The notes under the pieces were generated by a model that had not been told where the DNA came from, did not search any database, and worked only from the letters and a program-made list of their open reading frames with translations. The position numbers and the translations under genes are program-made. Below, piece after piece: positions 55,164 through 64,000 of a stretch of DNA of 64,000 bases (the stretch's first letter is position 1; each line of letters begins with the position of its first letter). This DNA comes from a virus (Duplodnaviria > Caudoviricetes): IMG/VR virus record IMGVR_UViG_3300031414_000005, one strand, 5' to 3'.

Positions 55164-55179
55164 CTATATAACCATTGTG
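55164..55179 (+). promoter_or_regulatory. Candidate early promoter CTATATAAC-N4-GTG
   Basis: One mismatch to the copies at 42000 and 49866, with the same N4-GTG spacing. Confidence 0.6.
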
Positions 55180-55226
55180 ACATAGAGCAATAGTGCTCTT
55201 TCCTTTAAAACTAATGAGGTATCATC

Positions 55227-55691
55227 ATGGCTGGTAACGTAAACTTTGACGCAAACAACAACGTAGCAACTGGTTCTAAAGCTGTCCGTAACAACGGTCT
55301 GGGTCTGATCGCCGGTACTGTGGTCGGTGGTGCACTGGGTTATGCTCTGGGTAACACCATTGAGAACAAAGTCGGTCGCTACGCATCACACACTTTCACC
55401 ACCCTGAACATCATCGCCGGTGGTTCTATGGCGGGTATGATGTTGCGTTTCAAAGGTGAAGTCGGCGCACTGGTTGACATGATCGCTGCCGGTACCGATG
55501 AGAAAGATCTGCCTGCTTCTCTGAAATCCTCACCTGTAACGAACTTTGCTTATGGCTTTGGTCTGGGTGTCGGTGCAGGTGCGGGTTGTGCTGCGGTCGC
55601 TGCGGTGATCCGCCATGCTACCAAAGACGGTGTGGTTGTAGAAGCGGACAACGTCACCATCATCGAAACCAACAACGTGGATGAGATCTAA
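55227..55691 (+). CDS. Gly-rich membrane protein, paralog 1 (MAGNVNFD)
   Basis: GAGG RBS; glycine-zipper-like hydrophobic segments. Confidence 0.75.
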   Translation: MAGNVNFDANNNVATGSKAVRNNGLGLIAGTVVGGALGYALGNTIENKVGRYASHTFTTLNIIAGGSMAGMMLRFKGEVGALVDMIAAGTDEKDLPASLKSSPVTNFAYGFGLGVGAGAGCAAVAAVIRHATKDGVVVEADNVTIIETNNVDEI

Positions 55692-56074
55692 TGGCCGGGA
55701 ACGTACAGTTTGATAAAGATAACCAACCCAGCGTGCAACAGCAACATCGCCGCCTGGGTAACGTTGTAAAGATCGGTGGCATGCTGACGGTGGGGTTGGG
55801 TGCTTACAGTGCTGCGAAGTGCCCTAGCCCGGTTACACGCGGCCTGATGCTGGCAAGCTGTGTTGTGGGTGGGTACTTCGTCAACCACATGGGGAATGTC
55901 ATCCAACACATCGGCGACCAACCGGATGCCGAAGCGTTTGACCCTGCGCTGTATTGGCAACTTGGCTTTGCCAGCACTCTACCAATCTGGGGTGTGGGGA
56001 TGGCTAAAGCCTATCTGATGCTGTCAGGTAAACCCGACTTAGCGGAAGTCCTGGGAGTGGAGGAAGAAATATGA
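55691..56074 (+). CDS. Membrane protein, paralog 2 (MAGNVQFD)
   Basis: TAATG coupling; hydrophobic hairpin. Confidence 0.75.
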   Translation: MAGNVQFDKDNQPSVQQQHRRLGNVVKIGGMLTVGLGAYSAAKCPSPVTRGLMLASCVVGGYFVNHMGNVIQHIGDQPDAEAFDPALYWQLGFASTLPIWGVGMAKAYLMLSGKPDLAEVLGVEEEI

Positions 56075-56454
56075 GTGGACAGCTACAGTTCGATAAGCAC
56101 AACGTCCCAAAAGCGGTTAAGGAACAAGCCAAAAAGAATGCAGGGAATGCAAGAAACATTGGATATCTGACAGTGACTGCCGCTGGGACGTCCAATGCGA
56201 TTGTGATTGAACAAACAACCAGCGGTCATTGGCGGGCCGCCGCACACGTCGTCAATGTCGCAACCAGCGCATTCATGGCAAATCAAATCAACAAACGCAG
56301 TGAAACAGAACTCACCCGACTGGTGCTGGAAGACCAGGTCATGTTGGATAAATACCAACACGTTAATGCTGAAGTCCTGCTGCAACATGTGCTCCCGGCA
56401 TTGACGGTGGGCGTGGCAGGGCTCGGCTATCTCTTAGGCAAACGAGGAACATAA
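56071..56454 (+). CDS. Membrane-associated protein, paralog 3 (MSGQLQFD)
   Basis: GGAGG RBS; ATGA coupling; C-terminal hydrophobic segment. Confidence 0.7.
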   Translation: MSGQLQFDKHNVPKAVKEQAKKNAGNARNIGYLTVTAAGTSNAIVIEQTTSGHWRAAAHVVNVATSAFMANQINKRSETELTRLVLEDQVMLDKYQHVNAEVLLQHVLPALTVGVAGLGYLLGKRGT

Positions 56455-56456
56455 TC

Positions 56457-56663
56457 ATGGCAGGTAGCGTAAACTTCGATCTGGGTAACAAACCAAAATT
56501 CCTGAAAGAGGAATCGGACACTAAAAAGATGTGCAGCGCGGCGGTAACTATCGCCGTGAGTGCAGGTCTGGCAACGTCAAGCAGTTCACTGATCCGGGCG
56601 ATCGGTTTCGGTGGCATTGTAGTTGGTGGTGTTGATCTTTATAACGGATATCACGGAAAATAA
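56457..56663 (+). CDS. Small membrane protein, paralog 4 (MAGSVNFD)
   Basis: GAGGA RBS; 68 aa; two short hydrophobic segments. Confidence 0.7.
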   Translation: MAGSVNFDLGNKPKFLKEESDTKKMCSAAVTIAVSAGLATSSSSLIRAIGFGGIVVGGVDLYNGYHGK

Positions 56664-56673
56664 GCCACGCATT

Positions 56674-56720
56674 AAAGAGGAGGAGCCATTGGCTCCTCCT
56701 CAGCGATGGTTATTTTTTTT
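56674..56720. terminator. Bidirectional terminator
   Basis: AAA-GAGGAGGAGCC-ATT-GGCTCCTCCTC, with a distal T-run. Confidence 0.85.
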
Positions 56721-56729
56721 TGCTTTCAA

Positions 56730-59612
56730 CTACACGATGGTGCCGCCTCCTGGCGCTTTGTTTTCATCATCCTCTTCATTCTCCCCGTCGGTGTTCTCGT
56801 CATCCACGTCATCGGCTGGCGGAGTATCGTCCGGATTGTTCTCATCGGCGTTGTCACCCTCATTCAATGCACCCTCATCGAAGTTGAGGTCACCTTCATT
56901 GTTGTCATCTGCCGGTAGTGCGGCGTCATCCGCGTTTTCATCCGGCACTGGCTCCGTTGGGGTGAGCTTGTCCACCTTCGGCTTAAACTTCTTCGCGATG
57001 GTGTTCTTGTTGGAAACGTAATCCAACATCGCGGTGGCCATGGTTTCATCGAAATCGTTGATCGCCTGGAAGAACTCCTCCATCCGCGTTTCATCATCCG
57101 CACTGATAAACGGCAGGATGTCATCAGCCATGTTGTGTTTGATCATCCAATCACGCAACAGCTTACGGCGAATATCCTCACGGAAGGAATCATACCCTTC
57201 CTGATCCAGGGTAGGCAGAATCATGCGAATCGCATTATCCGGGAAGAATGCATCCACTTTCTGTTGGATTTCGGTTACCTGGTTCTCGACCATGGTCCGG
57301 CGTTTCTCAGAAGCTTTATCCACTTCTGGGCGTGGCAGGCTCACGTCGATAGAGGCAATGAACTCCGTCAGGATCACCGACACCTGATCCCGGTCTTCCT
57401 GGTTGAGTTCCCCATTCAGTTCGGAATCACTCGTCTTAACAGCCGCGACAGCTTTTCCTTTTCTGGCTTTGTCCTTTTTCTGAGCTTCCCGACCTTTCTT
57501 ACCGGACGCTTGCCACAGGGTTTTATTCTCCTGGATTTCTTCGACCAGCTTCGCTCGCAGCGCACCTGATTTCAGTGCATACTTGCGCATGAAGTCAGCC
57601 AGGAACACACACAGACGTTTCTGCCAGATAATACACTGCTTCACCATCATCTCGGCGTCTTGCAGCATTTCAGTGGCGAACTGCACGTCGTTGTCTGAAT
57701 CTAACCATTGTGGTTTCAAGTACCAACCTAATGCTTGCTGGTTCTTGAAGAAGCGCTGGATGTCTTCACTCGGGGCCACCACTTGACGCTGGGTTTGGGT
57801 CAGGTTCATATCCGGGCTAGGGATATAGTCGCTGCCTTCCAGTTTCACGGTGGTGCTCGACGCGGCCATCAGGTTCATGATGTCTGCCGGTGACTGCATC
57901 CCCACGACCCGGGATACCGAGGTGTTGGAGTTGAAGTACAGCGTCAGGGCATCTTCGATCGTACCTTCCGGGTCGGTGTCTTCTTCTTCCAGACGGATAC
58001 CAAGCTCCGTGTGGTTGATCGAGTTTTCCAGGTTAGCGTTGACCGACGCCAGCATCAATGCAATACGGGCCGACGTGTACATCTTGGTCTGGTCTAATAA
58101 GGAAGCACCAATCCCCAGACGGTTATAGTCGAACGCCATATAGGTAATGGCTTCAGCTGGCACATACAGCACACGGGTACCTTGTTTACGGCAGGTGCGT
58201 GCCCACATCACCCGAGAGATCTCGTTAGACATGGTGACCGACACCATCTTACCGTATGTACCGTTGGCCACATAGGTAATCAGATCGCGTTCCAACTCCT
58301 GCACATACTTGACGTAGAACTCACGCATGTCGAAGTTGACTTCGGTGCCGCCGCTCTGCACCTGCTGAGCCATGGCAATTACACCCTGCTCTGCCGTCGA
58401 CGCAGTGCCGCCACCTTCCGAGGATGCTTTCTGTTGCAAGTCCATCAGGTCTTGATAGTAGTCAGCATCTTTGGTGGTCTTCAGGAAGTTCCCTTCCTCA
58501 TCCAGCAACAGGTAGTACCCGACGTGCACCGTGTTGTCGCCGGGCACATGTACTGGGATCACCGCTTCCGAAGGAACATGGTGTACCAGCGGATGGCTGT
58601 ACGGGTCGTTGTTGTACTGCGCGTCACGCGGCAGGGTCAACACCCCGTCTTCGGTCTTGCGGTACTCACGGTTCTTATAGAGGCTGTCATACACCTCCGC
58701 GATTTGGTCTTCGGTCAGGGACAACGTTTTGGCTTTCTTGTCCTCATTAGCCTCCATCCCTGGCGTGTGAATGGCAGCACGACGTTGATGGGATTGGGTG
58801 GCTTTCACCGTCCGGCGGGTGGCCATGTGACGGTTAAAGTTATGCAGCGACAATACGGCTGTGTTATCGGTGACCCGGATAAACGATTGATCTTCACCAA
58901 ACACCCGGCTGTCATCAATCTTTACACCGCTGTCGTTAAACAGGTCTTCCAGACCAAAACTGGTTTTCGTCTTGGTGCGCGGCCCTAAAATCCCTGTAGG
59001 GCGGAAGTCTTTCACCTGCATGTCCAGATCGGCATCGGTGTACTGCTTGATCGACTCCAACCCACCGGTGACGTAACCGTTGATTACGTTGTCGAGCGAA
59101 CTCTGTGACAGCACCAGATACACCCATGAACCCTTACGGAACAGGATGTCATCGACCATCTGTGGCAGCTTCTCTTCTATTTTATAGTCCGATTGGAAGT
59201 GGGCTTTTACCACCTCAATCAGTTTCTTTGAGAGCTCAATGTTTTTCGTTGGGTAGTTGGTTGTGTCGTAGGCCAACCCACTATTGCCAAAATCGTTGGG
59301 AGAGATCAGTACACTCTGCCAGATGTTGGAAGCCAGCTTAGCGTCCGGCAGTAACTCCATGACGTTGGTGTTGGAATCGATGTTGTTTGAGACGATACGT
59401 GACAGACGTTCCAGCTTGGCACGGCTGATACTCTGCTTAGACAGTTTGCGCCACGCATCACGCCCGCTACTGCGACCACCTCGACTTCCCTGGCCATCAT
59501 CACGCACGAGCTGACTGATGATACGGGCAGCCGCTGGATCCTTTTTCATCATCTCGACTTTCGGGATTCTTGCGTGTTCCGTGCCGGGACGATTTAACAG
59601 TTGGTTACCCAT
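56730..59612 (-). CDS. Portal protein (phiKZ gp129 / SPN3US gp81-like)
   Basis: 960 aa; GGAG RBS; GLE/GME sites in the N-terminal third; portal-like VHHVPSEAVIPVH..GYYLLLD region; acidic disordered C-tail; synteny. Confidence 0.75.
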   Translation of the reverse strand: MGNQLLNRPGTEHARIPKVEMMKKDPAAARIISQLVRDDGQGSRGGRSSGRDAWRKLSKQSISRAKLERLSRIVSNNIDSNTNVMELLPDAKLASNIWQSVLISPNDFGNSGLAYDTTNYPTKNIELSKKLIEVVKAHFQSDYKIEEKLPQMVDDILFRKGSWVYLVLSQSSLDNVINGYVTGGLESIKQYTDADLDMQVKDFRPTGILGPRTKTKTSFGLEDLFNDSGVKIDDSRVFGEDQSFIRVTDNTAVLSLHNFNRHMATRRTVKATQSHQRRAAIHTPGMEANEDKKAKTLSLTEDQIAEVYDSLYKNREYRKTEDGVLTLPRDAQYNNDPYSHPLVHHVPSEAVIPVHVPGDNTVHVGYYLLLDEEGNFLKTTKDADYYQDLMDLQQKASSEGGGTASTAEQGVIAMAQQVQSGGTEVNFDMREFYVKYVQELERDLITYVANGTYGKMVSVTMSNEISRVMWARTCRKQGTRVLYVPAEAITYMAFDYNRLGIGASLLDQTKMYTSARIALMLASVNANLENSINHTELGIRLEEEDTDPEGTIEDALTLYFNSNTSVSRVVGMQSPADIMNLMAASSTTVKLEGSDYIPSPDMNLTQTQRQVVAPSEDIQRFFKNQQALGWYLKPQWLDSDNDVQFATEMLQDAEMMVKQCIIWQKRLCVFLADFMRKYALKSGALRAKLVEEIQENKTLWQASGKKGREAQKKDKARKGKAVAAVKTSDSELNGELNQEDRDQVSVILTEFIASIDVSLPRPEVDKASEKRRTMVENQVTEIQQKVDAFFPDNAIRMILPTLDQEGYDSFREDIRRKLLRDWMIKHNMADDILPFISADDETRMEEFFQAINDFDETMATAMLDYVSNKNTIAKKFKPKVDKLTPTEPVPDENADDAALPADDNNEGDLNFDEGALNEGDNADENNPDDTPPADDVDDENTDGENEEDDENKAPGGGTIV

Positions 59613-59644
59613 TGCTACACTCCAAATCTGAATGGAAATTGATC

Positions 59645-61849
59645 ATGAATTCGATTGACTATAACATTTATATCCAGGACACACTGAGCTTGGCCCGCAC
59701 CATGGTGGTCAAGAGCGCGGCGTTCGCGGACGTGGTCAACCAGGCGGTGGCTGGGGCTAACTACAGTTACGATCCACTGGATCCCACCACCTGGAAGTAT
59801 TACATGCACATCGCCGGGATTTACCACCCGACCGATAAACCCATGACCGTGAAATCGTCCGACACCGGTGAGGTCATTCCCTTTACCGTGGACGCATTGA
59901 AAGATCACCTGGCCACGAAACGTGACTACCGCCATGGCACGGAAGAGTACCAAACGTTGGTGGCGAAATACCCGAACCAGGTTGACCTGATCAAAGGGGT
60001 GTTGAACCCGGTGCCGATTCAGACCGCCATCGATGCCCCTGACCACACCATCCTGTATTACAACCCAGACCTGGTGTTGTGGAACGAGGAACCGTTGATC
60101 CCGAAACTGCAAAAGTGGATTATGGGTTACTGGTACGAGTGGGACCACAACAACTACAACCAGACCGATAACCTGATGGTACATTACTTGTTTGGGGTGA
60201 TGATGGAGTTTATTCCGGGTGTGGTGTTGGGGATCCGTATTGAGCACATTGGTACCCGGTTTGCCCATGATTTCCATATCTGGTCAAAGCTGTCGTCCTA
60301 CGGTGATCTGGAGAAATACAAACCGTACATGAGCCGGGCATTAACCATGTGGTGTTACCGCAACATCGTTTGGGTCCAGCACAACAACGGTAAACAGTAT
60401 ACCATGGATGTGTTAATTGAAAAAATACTCTCCGACCGGGTGATTCCGATTGGTGGGTACAACATCAATACTAATACTGCGACCTTACCAGACAGCGATA
60501 CCGTGGATGTATTGTTCCAACGTCGCCAGCTGAACCTGCCGGCACAATACGGTGACCTGCGAGCCACCCGTACCACAGACACCATTTTGCGGGACGAGTT
60601 CACATTAGCGCGGGACAACGAAGACAACTATCTGGAGCACCTGGCCAACACCAATGAAGCGGTGCAAACCAGCCTGGCCACCAACATGCCGACCAAAATC
60701 CTGGAGTCGGAAATGGTGGACAAGACCAACAGCGGGCCGTACAGCCGGATGTCGGTGTTGGTGAACGAGTGGGCTTATCTCTCGACGAAAAAGCTCTATC
60801 GTGCGATAGTGAAAATTGACAATCCCAAGAACGGCATCAAGATGACGATGTCGGTGGCGGATGCTTTCCGACTGTTTATCTACGCGGTGTTCCAGACCGA
60901 ACGGGTTGAATTGGCTCAGATGCCGGACTTTTGGTATTTCGATGTCCGCCGGTTGACCCAACCATCACGGGCCACGTTGCGGGCTGCGGGCAGTGTGAAA
61001 TACATCCAGGACATTTACCTGGATGAAGCCCTGGCCAACCCGATCGTGTTCCCTTCTATTATTTCCACGGAAGCCTTTTACAACAAATGCGATGAAGTCT
61101 TCAGAGGGCTGTGGCAACACCGTCGCCTGTACAGCGCACATTCCCATTACGAAGCCCGTGCCCACCTCAAGAACATGACCCGCCGGTTCTATACCAGCGG
61201 TAGCTTGACCTTGACCAATGGCATGAGCTACGCGGAGTGGTTTGAAAAGCAAGGTTGGTCGTTGAGCGATATCACCCCGGAAGACTGGGCGGACTTTGCC
61301 TATAACCTGTTCAGTGAAGCCACCGGGTGGGTGACCGAAAACAACCTCACCATGCAACAGATCCAACGCAACATGATTGACATGATGATGGACCTGTCGA
61401 GTTACACGGTACAGACCATCGTGAAAATCAATGATGGGGACGTCACTGATATCGACGGTAACAAAATCTCAATTGGTGATGTGGACTATGTGCCGGCGTA
61501 CCAGCGCAATATCTACGACCTGCCGATCAAGGTGTTGAATGCCGACACGGCGTTACGGCTGGAAGCCGATACCGGGGCAATCCCGCCGTCGATTGACGAG
61601 GTTAACCTGCATTCTGATTTCCAGGCCATCACTGTGGAACATATTCACCCGGTGTACAGTCGCCATGAACTCCACCGCACCACCGACATCGCTTTACGGG
61701 TGTGGGTTAAAGACCAGGACGAGGGAGCTGACCTGGGTGTACAGATTTATCCTGATGCTTCCGGGCGTTGGGTTACGCAGTTTGGTGAGGAACGTCAGTC
61801 GTTAACCACGGCCGAGATCAATGCCATTTTGCAATCCACCTATAGCTGA
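59645..61849 (+). CDS. Virion structural protein, baseplate wedge candidate (gp128-like size)
   Basis: About 734 aa from ATG 59645; divergent from the portal gene. Confidence 0.65.
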   Translation: MNSIDYNIYIQDTLSLARTMVVKSAAFADVVNQAVAGANYSYDPLDPTTWKYYMHIAGIYHPTDKPMTVKSSDTGEVIPFTVDALKDHLATKRDYRHGTEEYQTLVAKYPNQVDLIKGVLNPVPIQTAIDAPDHTILYYNPDLVLWNEEPLIPKLQKWIMGYWYEWDHNNYNQTDNLMVHYLFGVMMEFIPGVVLGIRIEHIGTRFAHDFHIWSKLSSYGDLEKYKPYMSRALTMWCYRNIVWVQHNNGKQYTMDVLIEKILSDRVIPIGGYNINTNTATLPDSDTVDVLFQRRQLNLPAQYGDLRATRTTDTILRDEFTLARDNEDNYLEHLANTNEAVQTSLATNMPTKILESEMVDKTNSGPYSRMSVLVNEWAYLSTKKLYRAIVKIDNPKNGIKMTMSVADAFRLFIYAVFQTERVELAQMPDFWYFDVRRLTQPSRATLRAAGSVKYIQDIYLDEALANPIVFPSIISTEAFYNKCDEVFRGLWQHRRLYSAHSHYEARAHLKNMTRRFYTSGSLTLTNGMSYAEWFEKQGWSLSDITPEDWADFAYNLFSEATGWVTENNLTMQQIQRNMIDMMMDLSSYTVQTIVKINDGDVTDIDGNKISIGDVDYVPAYQRNIYDLPIKVLNADTALRLEADTGAIPPSIDEVNLHSDFQAITVEHIHPVYSRHELHRTTDIALRVWVKDQDEGADLGVQIYPDASGRWVTQFGEERQSLTTAEINAILQSTYS

Positions 61850-61909
61850 TGGGTAATTTATGACACGTAAATCCCCACAGGTTTCGCCGTAATTCTAACC
61901 TAATAGAGA

Positions 61910-62800
61910 ATGACCATGGCCAGAGAGTATCTGAAGAAGCGCACGACGCGCACCGTTTACGGCAATGCTGTGCAAACGGCCCTTGCCCTTAACAAACCCC
62001 ACAAGGTGGTGGCTAACTCCACCTTGAACGAAAAACTGACCATTAAAGCGGTCGAGTCGGTTGCTAACTTTGACCGGCCTGAGATCAAGATGTTTGTGAT
62101 CGGGATTGGGGGTCACTCGTTTACCCTGGGTAAGGGTAATGTGCCTCTGCCAACTGCGGTGGAACATGAAACCACGGACGCTGCCCTGTATCAGCAGATT
62201 CCGTTTGTGGTGCGTGCCGTGGGTGATGATTTGACAACGGCTGAACGTGCTCGCTTCCGTCTGCGCAAGCTGATCCAGGTCAGCAACGTAACCTACATTG
62301 CGTACTACGGTCGTTTGTTCGACAGCTCCAACACCGACATCGCCATGACCACTAACGTGCGGGACAACAACACCGGGAACATCTCCACCACCCCGTTTAT
62401 CCCAACGTCGGCGAACCTCAATCCACAACCCCCGGTTACCAGCAACAACGGTGAGATCCCTGCCAGCGACACCTACCAACAGGTGAATGCGGAAGTGGAC
62501 CTGACCATGTCTTCTGCTGACCTGGCTGAGCTGCGCGATGTGGCCCGTATCCTGTTCGGGGACGAAGCGTACGCCATGGTGTCGGAGTGGGGCGTGTGTT
62601 CGTGTTCGGATACCCAGGCAACGGGTGACGACGGTGCGGGTAACAAGTTCCAGTACACCGAGTCGTTGGCGGTGCAGATCAATGACCACATCACCTCCGG
62701 TGAACCGCGTACCGCTGAGAACGTGTCGATTGCGATGACCGTGAACATGGGTGCATCCGATCCACTGCTGGCTCAAGGTACGCGCACGGCGTCAGTGTAA
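61910..62800 (+). CDS. Virion structural protein (baseplate/tail, gp127-like size)
   Basis: 296 aa; co-directional with the previous gene; structural-type codon bias. Confidence 0.6.
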   Translation: MTMAREYLKKRTTRTVYGNAVQTALALNKPHKVVANSTLNEKLTIKAVESVANFDRPEIKMFVIGIGGHSFTLGKGNVPLPTAVEHETTDAALYQQIPFVVRAVGDDLTTAERARFRLRKLIQVSNVTYIAYYGRLFDSSNTDIAMTTNVRDNNTGNISTTPFIPTSANLNPQPPVTSNNGEIPASDTYQQVNAEVDLTMSSADLAELRDVARILFGDEAYAMVSEWGVCSCSDTQATGDDGAGNKFQYTESLAVQINDHITSGEPRTAENVSIAMTVNMGASDPLLAQGTRTASV

Positions 62801-62839
62801 GTTTAATGGGGGCGCTCCGCCCCCTTGTGAAGGCCGCCG

Positions 62840-63436
62840 ATGATGGAAGACAACGAGCATTTACGATTAATCACTGTTGACCCAGGGACAGTTACACTCG
62901 GGTTCGGTGTGATCGACATTGACATGGTAACGCTGAAACCCAAAGTGATTGAAGCGTTCACCCTCGATGGGAGTGTAATGACGCGTGCATGGGTGGATAC
63001 CGCCGCCGGTGAGGAAGCTGCCCGCCAACGCATCATGGGGTTGAATGCCCGCCTCCAGGAACTCTTCTTACATTACCGCCCGGATGTGGTATCGTGTGAG
63101 GACAACTTCCTGGCGCGCTCACCGCATGCATTTAAGATGTTAGCGGAAGCTGTTGCAGCGGTGCGGTATGCATTGATGGCCACTTTGCCCCACAGTCATT
63201 TGTACCTGATCCCCCCGACTGAAGCAAAGAAGACCGTTAATGCGTGTTTTAAAGGAACAGGGAAAGACGATGTCCGTCAGGGCCTCAAATCTTACAGTGA
63301 TTTAGATTGGGGGGATATTTCTATTGATATGCTCGACGAGCACGCTGTGGACGCCATTGTGGTAGGCGTGTGTATGGTCGAGAAAATAAAAGCGGGGTAT
63401 GAGTTACAATCATGGGGAACACACAACAACGGATAG
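62840..63436 (+). CDS. ruvC: RuvC-like Holliday junction resolvase
   Basis: ITVDPGTVTLGFGVI, VVSCEDNF, PTEAKKTV...GKDDV, EHAVDAIVVG: RuvC catalytic D/E/D residues present. Confidence 0.85.
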   Translation: MMEDNEHLRLITVDPGTVTLGFGVIDIDMVTLKPKVIEAFTLDGSVMTRAWVDTAAGEEAARQRIMGLNARLQELFLHYRPDVVSCEDNFLARSPHAFKMLAEAVAAVRYALMATLPHSHLYLIPPTEAKKTVNACFKGTGKDDVRQGLKSYSDLDWGDISIDMLDEHAVDAIVVGVCMVEKIKAGYELQSWGTHNNG

Positions 63437-63873
63437 AGCCAACCCCAACGCCTGCGGCCGAAACAGCCGCGGCAGTGGCGGATAAAGTACTGTCCAATAT
63501 GCAGCGGGTGGCGGCCAACAGTGAGATCAATAACCCCCTGGGGATTAAGTTGCGCACACTGGGTGGGTTCATCGCTTTGATGACCTCCAACGTGATGTCT
63601 CTGTCATTGGGGTTAGCGATCATTTGGGATGTGGTGGGACACCGAAATCCGTGGCCAGATTTTTGGATCTGTGCGTTGATTTTTGTGGGGCCGGTCCTGA
63701 ACGGATGGCAGTTCATGGGGGTGCGTGCCTTACTGAACACCATCATGAAAAACGGCACGGGCATTGTGGATCAGGTGGTGGGACGGTTTGGTTTCAGCCG
63801 TCAACCTACGGTCACGAATGCACCTAGCCAACAAACCCCTCCTCCACCCCCGGCTGGCGGTGGAATGAGTTAA
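63412..63873 (+). CDS. Two-TM membrane protein with Pro-rich tail (holin-like candidate)
   Basis: Hydrophobic segments GGFIALMTSNVMSLSLGLAIIW and FWICALIFVGPVLNGWQFMGV; overlaps the ruvC end. Confidence 0.55.
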   Translation: MGNTQQRIEPTPTPAAETAAAVADKVLSNMQRVAANSEINNPLGIKLRTLGGFIALMTSNVMSLSLGLAIIWDVVGHRNPWPDFWICALIFVGPVLNGWQFMGVRALLNTIMKNGTGIVDQVVGRFGFSRQPTVTNAPSQQTPPPPPAGGGMS

Positions 63874-63878
63874 GCATC

Positions 63879-63908
63879 AAAGGAGAGGGCGCGAGCCCTC
63901 TCCCTTTT
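63879..63908. terminator. Bidirectional terminator
   Basis: AAA-GGAGAGGGC-GCGA-GCCCTCTCC-C-TTTT. Confidence 0.8.
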
Positions 63909-63914
63909 AAGCGA

Positions 63915-64000
63915 TTATTGCTTGTGACTGATTTTATCAAGTTCCGCTTGCTGTTCTAACGCAGTGGTCTTCAATGCACTGATCACACTCAGTAGCGATT
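63915..64000 (-). CDS. 3' end of a convergent gene (partial)
   Basis: Open - frame ...SLLSVISALKTTALEQQAELDKISHKQ* ending next to the terminator. Confidence 0.4.
   Translation of the reverse strand, partial: SLLSVISALKTTALEQQAELDKISHKQ

Noticed and set aside
58182-58988. Long alternative-strand ORFs in the portal gene (also 11499-12293, 61895-62776 and many shorter ones)
   Set aside because: Antisense or out-of-frame shadows without RBS or motifs
56730-62800. Portal/gp128-like/gp127-like order as a second inversion
   Set aside because: The order matches what I recall for SPN3US (portal followed by the large structural gene), so it is not specific to this genome
1-64000. tRNA genes, CRISPR arrays, introns/inteins, integrases or transposases
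   Set aside because: None seen by eye: no regularly spaced repeats, and DnaB, polymerase and RNAP genes have normal lengths with contiguous motifs. tRNAscan/Infernal were not run.

Overview
64 kb of the conserved core of a phiKZ-like (Chimalliviridae-type, nucleus-forming) jumbo phage genome. The order is: C-terminal part of an SF2 helicase; an accessory block (about 0.9-8.5 kb, with a DEDDh exonuclease, a RyR-domain protein and small ORFs); a virion RNAP beta-prime subunit (phiKZ gp80-like); a putative baseplate-hub/tail chaperone pair; a block of four head proteins; the N-terminal half of the split family-B DNA polymerase (gp82-like); baseplate/tail genes; a six-gene array of inner-head paralogs with G-[LM]-E protease sites; neck/baseplate genes; an early accessory cluster; DnaB; major capsid protein; non-virion RNAP beta subunit (gp123-like); four paralogous membrane proteins; portal; two virion proteins; RuvC. 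I saw no tRNA, CRISPR array, intron or intein. Best leads: (1) a U-UUU-UUU candidate -1 frameshift fusing the putative hub/chaperone pair; (2) an unannotated 57-aa free-standing mimic of the ribonucleotide reductase C-terminal redox tail; (3) a multi-stem RNA leader that sequesters an RBS; (4) a 6.5-kb block bounded by identical 22-bp hairpins that looks inverted relative to phiKZ/SPN3US; (5) a tandem membrane-protein family with an M[AS]Gxx[NQ]FD N-terminus; (6) a HExxH metalloprotease-like head protein; (7) a TTTCAGGCA motif directly after terminator hairpins. Homolog assignments rest on motif recognition, size and recalled synteny, not on database searches.
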